NCBI GenBank assembly: GCA_965199715.1
Contig: OZ241322.1
Coordinates: 2,080,001 to 2,144,000, forward strand
Length of the DNA: 64,000 nt
Origin: Vicinamibacteria bacterium
GTDB lineage: Bacteria > Acidobacteriota > Vicinamibacteria > Marinacidobacterales > Marinacidobacteraceae
Direction: 5' to 3'
Below are positions 35,892 through 45,868 of the stretch, piece after piece (positions within the stretch are counted from its first letter, which is position 1; each line of letters begins with the position of its first letter). A program made the translations under genes and the position numbers. The notes under the pieces are model-generated. The model had not been told where the DNA came from and ran no database searches. It saw nothing but the letters and a program-made list of their open reading frames with translations.

Positions 35892-37120
35892 GCGGTCGCC
35901 GGCGCCCCGTAGGGTAGGTCGGGCGGCGTGCGGGCGAACTCGGCGAGGGCGCGCTGGAGCGCGGTGAAGTCGCGGGTCAGGTTCCCGATCAGGCAGTCGG
36001 TGAGGTCGCTCCGCAGATCCGGATGCGCCTCCAGCAGGTCGGCGAACCGGAACCCCTCGTCGTAGAACGCGTACACCAGCTTGCGCATCGCCTCGAGGCT
36101 CGCCGTCAGCTCGCGCCCGTACTCCGCGAACCGCTCGGCTCCGAAGTCCCCGTCGCGGATGGCCGAAACCGCCGCGTCCGCCGCCATCTCGCCGCTGCGC
36201 AGCGCGAGGAAGACCCCCGACGAGAAGACCGGGTCGAGGAAGGCGAAGGCGTCGCCGGCGAGGAGGAGACCCTCGGTCGCGCAATGCCGGGAGCGGTAGG
36301 AGTAGTCCCCGGTGACGCGCACCGGGCCGACCCGGGTGGCCGGGCGAAGGCGCTCCCGGATCCACGGGTTGGACTCGGTCTCGCGCGCGAACGCGCGCTC
36401 GGGGTCGCGGCCCTCCCGGTAGAGCCATGAGGCCTCCGCCGTGGCCCCGACGCTCGTGAGCCCGCCGGGCAGGGGGATGTGCCAGATCCAGCCCTTCTCC
36501 GGGAGCATGGCGACGGTGGTTGCCCCGGCGTCGAAGGCCCGCGCCTTGAGGCCCCGGCGGAAGTAGGACCACAGCGAGACCTTCTTCAGCTTTGGGTCCA
36601 CCACCCGCCAGCCGAACGCGCGGGCGGCGAGCGCGTCGCGCCCCGTGCAGTCGATCGTCACCGGCGCCCTGAACACGGATCCGCCGGCGGCCTGGACTCC
36701 CTCGACTCGCCGTTCGTCGCCGAGAAGGTCCCGCGCCTGCGTGTCCTCGAAGACGGTCGCGCCCGACTTCCGGGCGTGGTCCAGCAGGATGCGGTCGAAG
36801 TCGGCGCGCGGCACCTGCCACGTCCGGGCGGCCTCGTGGTCGAGGCACTCGAAGAAATAGAACGGCCGCGACATCCGCCCCGAGGCCGAGGCGAACTGGA
36901 CGCTGTACTTGTTCACGAACCCCGCGTCCCGCACCGCGTCGGCCGCGCCGATCCGCTGGAGCGGGAAGAAGCACCACGGAAGGAGCGACTCGCCGACCTT
37001 GTAACGCGGGAAGCGGCGCTTCTCCAGCACCGCCGTCCGCATCCCCGCCTGCGCGAGGACGGACGCCGCCGTAGCCCCCGCCGGGCCGCCGCCGATGACG
37101 ACCGCGTCCCAGTCAGACAT
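35888..37120 (-). CDS. Flavin-dependent halogenase-like FAD protein
   Basis: GGGPAG, FPRYKVGESL, GFVNK (candidate catalytic Lys), GWIWHIP (WxWxIP), GDAFAFLDPVFSSG. Confidence 0.8.
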   Translation of the reverse strand: MSDWDAVVIGGGPAGATAASVLAQAGMRTAVLEKRRFPRYKVGESLLPWCFFPLQRIGAADAVRDAGFVNKYSVQFASASGRMSRPFYFFECLDHEAARTWQVPRADFDRILLDHARKSGATVFEDTQARDLLGDERRVEGVQAAGGSVFRAPVTIDCTGRDALAARAFGWRVVDPKLKKVSLWSYFRRGLKARAFDAGATTVAMLPEKGWIWHIPLPGGLTSVGATAEASWLYREGRDPERAFARETESNPWIRERLRPATRVGPVRVTGDYSYRSRHCATEGLLLAGDAFAFLDPVFSSGVFLALRSGEMAADAAVSAIRDGDFGAERFAEYGRELTASLEAMRKLVYAFYDEGFRFADLLEAHPDLRSDLTDCLIGNLTRDFTALQRALAEFARTPPDLPYGAPATA

Positions 37121-38450
37121 AGGCGATCTCGCGGTGCTCCGGCAGGAAGAACATCGGCAGCACCCGGTCCACCCGCAGGATCCCGCGATCGCTCAGCACC
37201 GGCCCCGAATCGTTGATCTCCAGGTAGCCGGCGCCCTCCAGCAGCTTCAGTTGCTCGCCGAAGCGCTCCAGCACGTCGGTCCCGAAGTCGTCGAGGAATC
37301 GCCGGCGGGAGACCCGGCCCAGCTTCATCTGCAGGACGAACTGGCGGACGAGGCGCTCCTCGTCGGAGATGGGGAGCGCCCGCAGCGCTGGGAGCTCGCC
37401 CCGGCGCACCCGCTCCACGTAGGGGCCGATGGACGTCTCGTTCTGGTAGTGGCAGCCCGAGGCGTGGCCGAACGACGAGACCCCGATCGCCAGCATGTCG
37501 GCGCCTCGCCACAGCGCGTCCCGGTACACGAAGCCGCCCCGACCCGGATCGCGCACCGCCGTGTAGGCGCTCGACCGGGAGTAGCCGGCGGCCTCCAGCG
37601 CCGCGAACGCCTCGGCGGTCCAGCGCCGCTTCGTCTCCCAGTCGGGCAGCTCGAGCGTCTCCTCGCCGTCCTCGCGGATCCGCCGGGCGATGGTGGTGTT
37701 CCGGGGCACTTCCATCTGGTAGATCGTGACCGCGTCGGGGGCGAGCCGGATGGTTTCGCGAACCGCTTCCGTCCAGCGGGCGTCGTCGTCGCCGAGCATC
37801 CCCGCGATCAGGTCGATGTTGATCTGCGGAAAGCCGACCTCGCGCGCCCGGTCGAAGGCGTTCTCGATCTCCGCCGACCGGTGCGCGCGGTTGTTCGCCT
37901 CGAGGACGCCGTCGTGGAAGTGCTCCACGCCGAGGCTCAGCCGGGTGACGCCGAGCTCCCGGATGCGATCGAGCTTCCCCGGCGTGAGCGTGCCCGGCTC
38001 GCACTCGAAGGCGAACTCCTCTAGCTGCGAGAGATCCAGCGCCGCGTCGAGGCCCTCCATCAGGCCGTCTAGCTGCGCGACCGAGAGATACGACGGGGTG
38101 CCGCCGCCGAAGTAGAGGAACTGCAGCGGGCGCCGTCCGAAGGGCGCGCGCCCGAGCCGCCGCGCCTCGGCGACCACCGCGTCGAGGTACTCCCGCACGG
38201 CCGAAGCGTTCTTGTCGGTATAGACGCGGAAGTAGCAGAAATGGCAGCGCTTGCGGCAGAAGGGGATGTGGACGTAGGCGCCGAACGGGACCCCGGCGCG
38301 GCCGGGCCGGGCGATCCGGTCGAGCAGCGCCGGCACGTGGTCCGGCGACCAGAGCGAGAACGGCGGGTAGTTCGCGACGAAGTAGTTCCCGAGGCTCCCC
38401 TCGTCGTCGTCGGAGAGCAACGTCTCGGCGATTCTCTGGACCTCGGGCAC
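37113..38450 (-). CDS. HemN-like radical SAM enzyme (not canonical HemN)
   Basis: YVHIPFCRKRCHFCYF (CxxxCxxC), YFGGGTPS, RLSLGV, NIDLIAG. N-terminus GNYFVANYPPF replaces the HemN PRYTSYPT. Confidence 0.88.
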   Translation of the reverse strand: MPEVQRIAETLLSDDDEGSLGNYFVANYPPFSLWSPDHVPALLDRIARPGRAGVPFGAYVHIPFCRKRCHFCYFRVYTDKNASAVREYLDAVVAEARRLGRAPFGRRPLQFLYFGGGTPSYLSVAQLDGLMEGLDAALDLSQLEEFAFECEPGTLTPGKLDRIRELGVTRLSLGVEHFHDGVLEANNRAHRSAEIENAFDRAREVGFPQINIDLIAGMLGDDDARWTEAVRETIRLAPDAVTIYQMEVPRNTTIARRIREDGEETLELPDWETKRRWTAEAFAALEAAGYSRSSAYTAVRDPGRGGFVYRDALWRGADMLAIGVSSFGHASGCHYQNETSIGPYVERVRRGELPALRALPISDEERLVRQFVLQMKLGRVSRRRFLDDFGTDVLERFGEQLKLLEGAGYLEINDSGPVLSDRGILRVDRVLPMFFLPEHREIAYV

Positions 38451-38482
38451 GGCGGCCCAAGTCTAGGCGTAGCATCCCCCGC

Positions 38483-39274
38483 GTGCGCATCATCACGTGG
38501 AACCTGAACTCGATCCGCACCCGCCGCGCCCGGCTGCTGCGCCTGCTGCGGCGGCACCGGCCGGACTTCCTCTGCTTGCAGGAGCTGCGCGCCGAGCCGG
38601 AGGCGTTCCCGTGGATGGAGGTCCGGGCCGCCGGATACGCCGGCGCGGTCGAGTCGCAGGCGGCCCGCAACGGCGTCGCGGTGCTGTCCCGGGCGCCGGT
38701 CGAGACGCGGTCGCGCCGCCTCGCCGTCGGGGGTCGCGCCGAATCGCGTTTTCTCGACGTGGCGCAGGGTCCGCTGCGGGTGATGTCGGCGTACGTGCCG
38801 AACGGCAAGGCGGTAGCGCACGACGACTGGGGGTACAAGCTCGAGTGGCTCGGCGCGCTCCGGAATCATCTCGACGCGACCGCCCGGACCGACGAGCCGC
38901 TCGCGCTGTGCGGCGACTTCAACGTGGCGCCCGCCGACCGGGACGCCGCGGTCGCCAACCCGAACGGGGTCCTCTGCCACCCCTCGGGACGCGAGGCGCT
39001 CGCCGGCGTGGCCGAGTGGGGGCTCCAGGACGCCTACCGGCTCCGCCACCGGGAGGGCGAGGAGCCGGAGAAGGGGATCTACACGTGGTGGGACTACACC
39101 CGGCTCTCCTTCGCCCGGAACGTGGGAGCGCGCATCGACCACATCTACGTCACCGCGCCGCTCGCCGCCCGCCTCGTGGACGTCCGAGTGGACCGGGACG
39201 AGCGCCGCCAGCGCAAGGGCGAGGACATCCCCTCCGACCACGCTCCCGTGATCGCGGATTTCCGGGACGCGTGA
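38483..39274 (+). CDS. xth: Exodeoxyribonuclease III
   Basis: ITWNLNSIR, LCLQE, YVPNG, GDFNVAP, YTWWDY, RIDHI, SDHAPV. Confidence 0.95.
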   Translation: MRIITWNLNSIRTRRARLLRLLRRHRPDFLCLQELRAEPEAFPWMEVRAAGYAGAVESQAARNGVAVLSRAPVETRSRRLAVGGRAESRFLDVAQGPLRVMSAYVPNGKAVAHDDWGYKLEWLGALRNHLDATARTDEPLALCGDFNVAPADRDAAVANPNGVLCHPSGREALAGVAEWGLQDAYRLRHREGEEPEKGIYTWWDYTRLSFARNVGARIDHIYVTAPLAARLVDVRVDRDERRQRKGEDIPSDHAPVIADFRDA

Positions 39275-39362
39275 GGCTGCGTCGCTTCGAATCACCGACG
39301 TGCCGGATCCCGCGCCGTCCCGAGGCCGCTCGGCCCGCGCCGGAGGGAGCGGAATGGCTCCC

Positions 39363-39457
39363 AGCCTTGCACATGAGCCGCTGGGCCGATTTTGTTGAAG
39401 GTAGCCTTGCATGAATCGCGCTCCATCGCGTCCAACGCAAGGAACCTTGCATATGAG
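39363..39457 (+). repeat. Three CCTTGCA-(n)-ATGA motifs at 40-bp period, operator-like
   Basis: CCTTGCA at 39365, 39405 and 39445. The third copy is part of the palindrome GCAAGG-aa-CCTTGC. Confidence 0.5.
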
Positions 39458-39650
39458 GGACCGATCCGCTGGTCGGCTGCGCGCCGGACGCCACGTGCGT
39501 CAGCCGACTGGCCACAGAGCCTTCCTGCCCGAGCCGCTTCCGCCCGACCCGCCCGTCCGGATCGAGGGGGAGCTGCTGGACCCGCTCTCCCAAGCTGACC
39601 TGGCGCTGGGGCGCCTCGACGGCTCCGTGAGCACGTTGCCCAACCGCGCC
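39453..39650 (+). pseudogene. Remnant of a Fic/DOC family gene (N-terminal domain only)
   Basis: AGRHVRQPTGHRAFLPEPLPPDPP...LSQADLALGRLDG...LPN. Homology stops there and no Fic HPFxDGNGR motif follows. Confidence 0.75.
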
Positions 39651-40043
39651 AAGCGGCGGCGATCTCCGCCACGGACATGGAGCCGCTCGTCGAGCAGGGC
39701 CGGGAGCGGCTGGACGCGGTGATCCACCGATGGCGCGCCGCCGGGGTCTCCGACGAGGCCATCGGGGAGTGGCGCGAGCGGGCGGAGGCTCTTTTTCGCC
39801 GAGGCGATCGCTCAAGGTTGTTCGCCGGACCCGAACACGGCGGAGGAGCGCTTCGAGGTCTCCGCCGGGCGACCCGAAGGGCCGTCGAGCCGGGCCGCAC
39901 CACCGAGGAGCGGGCGGCCTCGCTGATCGCGCAGTACGAGGAGCACGCGCCGATAGCGAACGCCCGGCCAGCCGTTGCGGGGCCCCCCGCGCTCCCCTAA
40001 AATGAGCGGTGCGGCTTTGCCCGGTTCTCGGCTGCCGCCCCCC

Positions 40044-42503
40044 ATGCTGACGCGCTCATTCCGAGTCCTGCCGGTCGCGCTCGCGGCGCTCGCCCTTGCC
40101 GGGATCGCGTCCGCCGAGGAGCCCTCGATTCGGGCGGCGCGGGAGTGGTCGCCGAACGAGGCGACCGCCGCCGAGCACAACCAGGTGCTCCGCCGCTACT
40201 GCATGACCTGTCACAACGACCGGATGCAGACGGGCAACCTCTCGCTGACCGGGTTCGACGCCGGCGCCGCCGAGAGCCATCCCGACGTGGCCGAGAAGGT
40301 GATCCGCAAGCTGCGGCTCGGGATGATGCCGCCGCCGGGGGCCCGCCGCCCCGAAGAAACCGTTCTCGCCGACATCGCCCTCAGCCTCGAGGCGCGGATG
40401 GACCAGGCCGCCGCCGACCAGCCGAACCCGGGCCGCCGTTCCTTCCAGCGCCTGAACCGGGCCGAGTACAGCGCCGCCGTGCGCGATCTCCTCGCGCTCC
40501 CGGTGGACGGCGCCGACTACCTGCCGCAGGACACGATCAGCGCCAACTTCGACAACATCGCCGACGTCCAGCTCCTGTCGGCGACGCTCATGGACTCGTA
40601 CCTGCGGGCCGCGAGCGACATCAGCCGGCTGGCCGTCGGCGACCCCCGGGCCAGCGCCGCCGAGACCGGCTACCACGTGTCCCGCTGGTCCTCTCAGCTC
40701 GAGCGGGTCGAGGGCGCGCCCCACGGCACCCGCGGCGGGATCTCGGTGGAGCACATCTTCCCGGCGGACGGCGAGTACCGGTTCCGGATCGCCTTCCACC
40801 ACGAGACCACCGGCGCCATCGTGGGTTCGGGATCCAGCTCGATCCACACCTACGGCGAACCGGAGCAGGTCGAGATCTCCATCGACGGCGAGCGCGTCGC
40901 GCTCCTCGACGTGGGCCGCTGGATGCATGTCTCCGACCCGGACGGCGTGAACCTGCGCACCGAGCCGGTCTTCGTCCGCGCCGGCGCCCGCCGCCTCGCC
41001 GCTGCCTTCCTGCGCCGGTTCGAGGGGCCGGTGCTGGACCTGATCTCGCCGCACAAGTGGTCGCTCGCGAGCACCGCGACCTCGCGCACCTACGGCATCC
41101 ACGGGATGCCCCACCTGCGCGACCTCTTCGTCACCGGCCCCTTCGACGCGACCGGCGTGGCCGAAACGCGCAGCCGGGCGCGCGTCTTCAGTTGCCGCCC
41201 GCTCGCGCCCGAGGAGGCGCGTCCCTGCGCCGAGTCGATCATCGACCGCCTCGGGCGCCTCGCCTACCGCCGCTCGCTCGACGCCGCGGATCGCTCCCGC
41301 CTGCTGGAACTCTATGAACGGGGCGCCGCGGAGTCCGGGTTCGAGGAAGGCGTCCGGATGGCCGTCGAGGGGATGCTCGCGAGCCCCAACTTCGTCTTCC
41401 GCCTCGAGGAGCCGCTCGATCCGAGGGAAGCGGAGTTCGGCTACCGCATCACCGAGACCGATCTGGCATCCCGGCTGTCCTTCTTCCTGTGGGGGACGAT
41501 CCCCGACGAGCAGCTTCTGGACGCCGCCGAATCCGGCGAGCTGGCCGAACCCGAGGTCTTCGACGCGCAGGTGCTGCGGATGCTCCGCGACCCGCGCTCC
41601 GATGCGCTCGCGCGGCGGTTCGCGGCGCAGTGGTTCCGGCTCCAGGACCTCAAGAAGATCAACCCGAACGTCCGCCTCTACCCCGACTTCCACCAGCAGC
41701 TCAAGGCCGCGATGGCGAAGGAGACCGAGCTCTTCTTCCACCACCTCGTCGCCGAGGATCTCAGCCTGCTCGACCTGTTCACCGCCGACTACACGTTCGT
41801 GAACGAGCGCCTCGCCGACCACTACGGCTTCTCGGGCGTGGTCGGCCCCGAGCACCGGATGGTGCGGTACCCGGACGACACGCGCCGCGGGGTCTTCGGG
41901 CACGGCAGCATGCTGACCCTGACCTCGCACCCGTACCGCACCTCGGCGGTGCTGCGGGGCAAGTGGATCATGGAGGTGCTGCTCGGCAGCCCGCCGCCGC
42001 CCCCGCCGCCCGACGTGCCCGACCTCGACGCGGTCGCCTCGGACGTGCCCGGACGCGAGTTGACGGCCCGGGAGCAGCTCGAGATCCACCGGGACAACCC
42101 GGCCTGCCGGTCGTGCCACCGGATGATGGACCCGATCGGCCTCGCGCTCGAGCACTTCGACGTGACCGGTCGGGCGCGGGTCAAGGACCAGGGCCAGCCG
42201 ATCGACGCTTCGGGCGAGTTCTACGACGGCACCCCGATCCGCGACGCGGCGGACCTGCGGGAAGCCCTGCTGAAGCGCCCGGAGCCGCTGCTTCGGACCT
42301 TCACCGAGAACCTGATGGCCTACGCCCTGGGCCGCCGGGTGGAGCACTTCGACCAGCCGCATGTCCGCGCCATCGTGCGCGCCGCGGCGGAATCCGACTA
42401 CCGGATGTCGGCCTTCGTGCTTGGAGTCACGAGGAGCGCGGCGTTCCAGATGAAGGGCAGCGCCCCGCCGGTCGCGACGGACGACGTCGCCGGCGAGCAC
42501 TGA
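40044..42503 (+). CDS. Secreted di-heme cytochrome c domain protein of the DUF1587/1592/1588/1585 family (copy 1)
   Basis: Signal peptide, CMTCH, GMMPPPG, QRLNRAEY, LASRLSFFLW, ADYTFVNERLA, RTSAVLRGKW, CRSCH, DPIGLALEHFD. Confidence 0.9.
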   Translation: MLTRSFRVLPVALAALALAGIASAEEPSIRAAREWSPNEATAAEHNQVLRRYCMTCHNDRMQTGNLSLTGFDAGAAESHPDVAEKVIRKLRLGMMPPPGARRPEETVLADIALSLEARMDQAAADQPNPGRRSFQRLNRAEYSAAVRDLLALPVDGADYLPQDTISANFDNIADVQLLSATLMDSYLRAASDISRLAVGDPRASAAETGYHVSRWSSQLERVEGAPHGTRGGISVEHIFPADGEYRFRIAFHHETTGAIVGSGSSSIHTYGEPEQVEISIDGERVALLDVGRWMHVSDPDGVNLRTEPVFVRAGARRLAAAFLRRFEGPVLDLISPHKWSLASTATSRTYGIHGMPHLRDLFVTGPFDATGVAETRSRARVFSCRPLAPEEARPCAESIIDRLGRLAYRRSLDAADRSRLLELYERGAAESGFEEGVRMAVEGMLASPNFVFRLEEPLDPREAEFGYRITETDLASRLSFFLWGTIPDEQLLDAAESGELAEPEVFDAQVLRMLRDPRSDALARRFAAQWFRLQDLKKINPNVRLYPDFHQQLKAAMAKETELFFHHLVAEDLSLLDLFTADYTFVNERLADHYGFSGVVGPEHRMVRYPDDTRRGVFGHGSMLTLTSHPYRTSAVLRGKWIMEVLLGSPPPPPPPDVPDLDAVASDVPGRELTAREQLEIHRDNPACRSCHRMMDPIGLALEHFDVTGRARVKDQGQPIDASGEFYDGTPIRDAADLREALLKRPEPLLRTFTENLMAYALGRRVEHFDQPHVRAIVRAAAESDYRMSAFVLGVTRSAAFQMKGSAPPVATDDVAGEH

Positions 42504-42505
42504 TC

Positions 42506-43911
42506 CGGGAGAAAGAGATGAACTACCTGACGGGCAAGAGCATTCCTCGGCGGACGTTCCTGCGTGGGGCTGGGGCGACGGTGGCGGTTCCGTTCCTCGA
42601 CGCGATGGTTCCGGCGAGCGTCCTGGGGCGGACGACGGCGGACCGCGAGGCGGACCCGACGCGGCTGGTGGCGATCGAGATCGTGCACGGGGCGGCGGGG
42701 AGCAACAAGTACGGTCGTGAGCGGAACCTGTGGTCTCCGGCGGCGGAGGGGCGCGGGTTCGACCTGTCGGCGGGGGCGCTGGCGCCGCTGGAGCCGGTGC
42801 GGGACTACGTGACGATCGTGAGCGACGCGGACGTGGAGCCGGCGGAGGCGCGGACGGCGCGCGAGATCGGGGGGGACCACTTCCGTTCGAGCGCGGCGTT
42901 CCTGACGCAGTCGTACCCGAAGCAGACGGAGAGTTCGGACGTGTACGCGGGGACGTCGATGGACCAGTTGTACGCGCAGCGCTACGGGCAGAACACGCCG
43001 ATCCCGTCGATGCAGTTGTGCATCGAGACGGTGGACCAGGCGGGGGGCTGCGCGTACGGGTACGCCTGCGTGTACACGGACACGATCAGTTGGGCGTCGC
43101 CGACGGAGCCGCTGCCGATGACGCGGGATCCGCGGATCGTGTTCGACCAGTTGTTCGGTGCGGGGGGGACGCCGGAGGGCCGGATCGCGCGGCAGCGGGC
43201 GCGCCAGAGCGTGCTGGACTTCATCGGCTCGGAGGTGACGGACCTGCTGCTGCGGCTGGACCCGGAGGACGTGCGGCGGATGGACCGGTACATGACGGAC
43301 ATCCGGGAGATGGAGCGTCGGATCGAGCGGATCGTGGAGCGGAACACGAGCGGTGAGCTGCGGGAGCTTCCGGACGCGCCGGCGGGGGTTCCGGACTCGT
43401 TCGACGAGCACGTGAAGATCATGTTCGACCTTCAGGCGCTGGCGTTCCAGTCGGACATGACGCGGGTGTTCAGCTTCAAGCTGGGGCGGGACGCTTCGAG
43501 CCGGGTGTACCCGGAGAGCGGTGAGGCGACGGCGTTCCATCCGGCGTCGCATCACGGGAACGACGAGGAGCGGGTGGAGGTTCTGGGCCGGATCAACCGG
43601 TACCACGTGGGCCTGGTTCCGTACTTCATGGAGAAGCTGCGGAGCGTCGAGGAGGAGGGTCAGTCGCTGCTGGACAAGACGATGATCCTGTACGGGTCGC
43701 CGATGGGCGACCCGAACATCCACAACCACAAGCGGGTTCCGTTCTTCGTGGCGGGAGGCGCGAACGGGACGCTGGAGCACGACCTGCATCTGCGCGCTGC
43801 GCCGGGGACGCCGCTGGCGAACGTGATGCTGACGCTGCTGCGGAAGCTGGGCCTCGAGGACCTCGAGAGCTTCGGGAACAGCACCGGCGACTTCTCGCTC
43901 TCCGCATGACC
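42506..43911 (+). repeat. 1406-bp direct repeat, copy 1 (G/T-skewed, GRINS-like)
   Basis: Appears identical to 48424-49829 (offset 5918). The shadow-frame ORF translations are also identical. Confidence 0.92.
42518..43909 (+). CDS. DUF1552 (HxxSHH) protein with Tat-like signal (copy 1)
   Basis: RRTFLRGAG...PFLDAM, SMDQ, ISW, FHPASHH, HNH. RBS GGGAGA. Confidence 0.9.
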   Translation: MNYLTGKSIPRRTFLRGAGATVAVPFLDAMVPASVLGRTTADREADPTRLVAIEIVHGAAGSNKYGRERNLWSPAAEGRGFDLSAGALAPLEPVRDYVTIVSDADVEPAEARTAREIGGDHFRSSAAFLTQSYPKQTESSDVYAGTSMDQLYAQRYGQNTPIPSMQLCIETVDQAGGCAYGYACVYTDTISWASPTEPLPMTRDPRIVFDQLFGAGGTPEGRIARQRARQSVLDFIGSEVTDLLLRLDPEDVRRMDRYMTDIREMERRIERIVERNTSGELRELPDAPAGVPDSFDEHVKIMFDLQALAFQSDMTRVFSFKLGRDASSRVYPESGEATAFHPASHHGNDEERVEVLGRINRYHVGLVPYFMEKLRSVEEEGQSLLDKTMILYGSPMGDPNIHNHKRVPFFVAGGANGTLEHDLHLRAAPGTPLANVMLTLLRKLGLEDLESFGNSTGDFSLSA

Positions 43912-43923
43912 GGGAGAACCATC

Positions 43924-45861
43924 ATGAGAAAAGCGACCATCCTGCTTTCGGCCCTTCTGCTCGTCACCGTCGCGTGGGCCGCGAACGCCCGCCTCTCGCC
44001 GGTCCTCGACGCGGCGAAGACCGGCGACGTTTCCGCGCTCAAGGACGAGCTGCGCTCGGGCGGCGACGTGAACGCGGCGCAGGGCGACGGGTTCACCGCG
44101 CTGCACTGGGCGGCGAAGCTCGGGAACGAGGAGATCGCCCGGGTGCTGATCGCGGCGGGGGCGGACGTGCGGGCGACGACCCGGATCGGCAACCACATGC
44201 CGCTCCACGTCGCTTCGGCCGCGGGCCAGCCCCTCGTCGTCGAGGCGCTTCTCGTCGGCGGCGCGCCGGTCGGGGCCCTGACGGCCACCGGAACCCGGCC
44301 GATCCACTACGCGGCGGCCTCGGGCAGCGGCGCGACGGTCGCGTCCCTCGCGGCCGGCGGCGCCGACGTGGACGCGGTCGAGCCGCAGTGGGGCCAGACC
44401 CCGCTCATGTTCGCCGCCGGCGGCGGCCGGTCGGAGTCGGTGCAGGCGCTTCTGGACGCCGGGGCCGATCCCTCGATCACCGCGAAGGTGCTGGACGTGG
44501 CGTCCCGCGCCGAGGCCGACCTCGTGGCGCGCCGCGCCCGCCAGCGGCGGATCGCCGAGGCGCGGGGCGGCGGCGCCGCCAACGTGATCTTCGATCCGCG
44601 GGAGCGCGAGCGGCGGCGGCGCGAGGCGGCCGCGAAAGCCGCGGCCGAGAAGGCCGAGCGCGAGAAGGGGCGCACCGCCCCCGAGACGGCCGACGTCGAG
44701 GCGGACAAGGCCGAGGAGGCCGAAGAGGAGGAGCACGCCCGCGCCCACGGCCATCCCGAGGACGAGCTGAAGAAGCTCGAGGACGAGGAGAAGGCCAAGG
44801 AGGAAGAGGACGCGAAACAGCAGGCCGAGCGCGAGCAGCGCGCCCGCGAGCCGCAGTTCCTCGGCTACGCCGAGCTCGTCGGAACCCACGGCGGGCTGAC
44901 CCCGCTGCTGCTGGCGGCGCGCGACGGCTACCGGGAGACCGCACTGACGCTCATGGACGGCGGCGCCGACGTGAACCAGCGCGCCGAGGGGCACCTCACG
45001 ACGCCGCTCATGATGGCCTCGCTCAACGGTCATTACGACATCGGCATGGACATGCTCGAGCGCGGGGCCGACCCGAACCTGCGGAACATCTCCGGCGGCG
45101 CGCCGCTCTACGCGGCGATCAACGCCCGCTGGATCTCCCAGCCGTTCCACCCACAGCCGGCGGACCACCTCCGGCAGAGCACGTCGCACGTCGAGTTCAT
45201 GGAGGCGCTGCTCGACGCGGGCGCGGACGTGAACGCCCGGCTCCACCGCAAGCAGTGGTACAGCACCTACAACACCGACCAGTTGGGCGTGGACCGCGCC
45301 GGCGCCACCGCGTTCTGGCGCGCCGCCTACGCGCTCGACGTCCCGGCGATGAAGCTGCTCGTCGAGCGCGGGGCCGACCCGCACATCCCGACGATCAAGG
45401 TCGCCCAGCGGCGCTACCGCGGGTCGATCCTCGAGGACGAGTTCGGCGGGGAGGATCCCTCCGGGCTTCCGCCCGCGCCCTTCGGCGGACCGGCGGTCTA
45501 TCCGATCCACGCGGCCGCGGGAGTCGGCTACGGCCTCGGCCTCGCCGCCAACTCGCACCGCCACGCCCCGGACGCCTGGATGCCGGCGGTGCGGTACCTG
45601 GTCGAGGAGCTCGGAGCCGACGTGAGCTCGCGCGACCACGACGGGTACAGCGTGATCCACCACGCGGCCTCGCGCGGCGACAACGAGATGATCGAGTACC
45701 TCGTCGATAAGGGCGCCGACCCGCTGGTGATCGCCCGCACCGGGCAGACGACGATCGACCTCGCGAACGGACCCGTCCAGCGGATCAGCCCGTTCCCCGA
45801 CACGATCGAGCTCCTCGCGGGCTATGGCGTCAAGAACAACAACCGCTGCGTCGGCTGCTGA
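43924..45861 (+). CDS. Secreted ankyrin-repeat protein with C-terminal CVGC (copy 1)
   Basis: Signal peptide, GFTALHWAA, GQTPLMFAA, TPLLLAAR, GADVNA repeats, charged insert, ends NNNRCVGC. Alternative start at 43906. Confidence 0.9.
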   Translation: MRKATILLSALLLVTVAWAANARLSPVLDAAKTGDVSALKDELRSGGDVNAAQGDGFTALHWAAKLGNEEIARVLIAAGADVRATTRIGNHMPLHVASAAGQPLVVEALLVGGAPVGALTATGTRPIHYAAASGSGATVASLAAGGADVDAVEPQWGQTPLMFAAGGGRSESVQALLDAGADPSITAKVLDVASRAEADLVARRARQRRIAEARGGGAANVIFDPRERERRRREAAAKAAAEKAEREKGRTAPETADVEADKAEEAEEEEHARAHGHPEDELKKLEDEEKAKEEEDAKQQAEREQRAREPQFLGYAELVGTHGGLTPLLLAARDGYRETALTLMDGGADVNQRAEGHLTTPLMMASLNGHYDIGMDMLERGADPNLRNISGGAPLYAAINARWISQPFHPQPADHLRQSTSHVEFMEALLDAGADVNARLHRKQWYSTYNTDQLGVDRAGATAFWRAAYALDVPAMKLLVERGADPHIPTIKVAQRRYRGSILEDEFGGEDPSGLPPAPFGGPAVYPIHAAAGVGYGLGLAANSHRHAPDAWMPAVRYLVEELGADVSSRDHDGYSVIHHAASRGDNEMIEYLVDKGADPLVIARTGQTTIDLANGPVQRISPFPDTIELLAGYGVKNNNRCVGC

Positions 45862-45868
45862 CACGACC

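Noticed and set aside
37113-38450. Calling the radical SAM gene hemN or hemW
   Set aside because: It lacks the HemN PRYTSYP motif, has no heme-biosynthesis context, and is coupled to a halogenase-like gene.
39361-39460. Possible mini-CRISPR array
   Set aside because: The repeat is only about 7-13 bp and degenerate, the 40-bp period is too short, and no cas genes are present.
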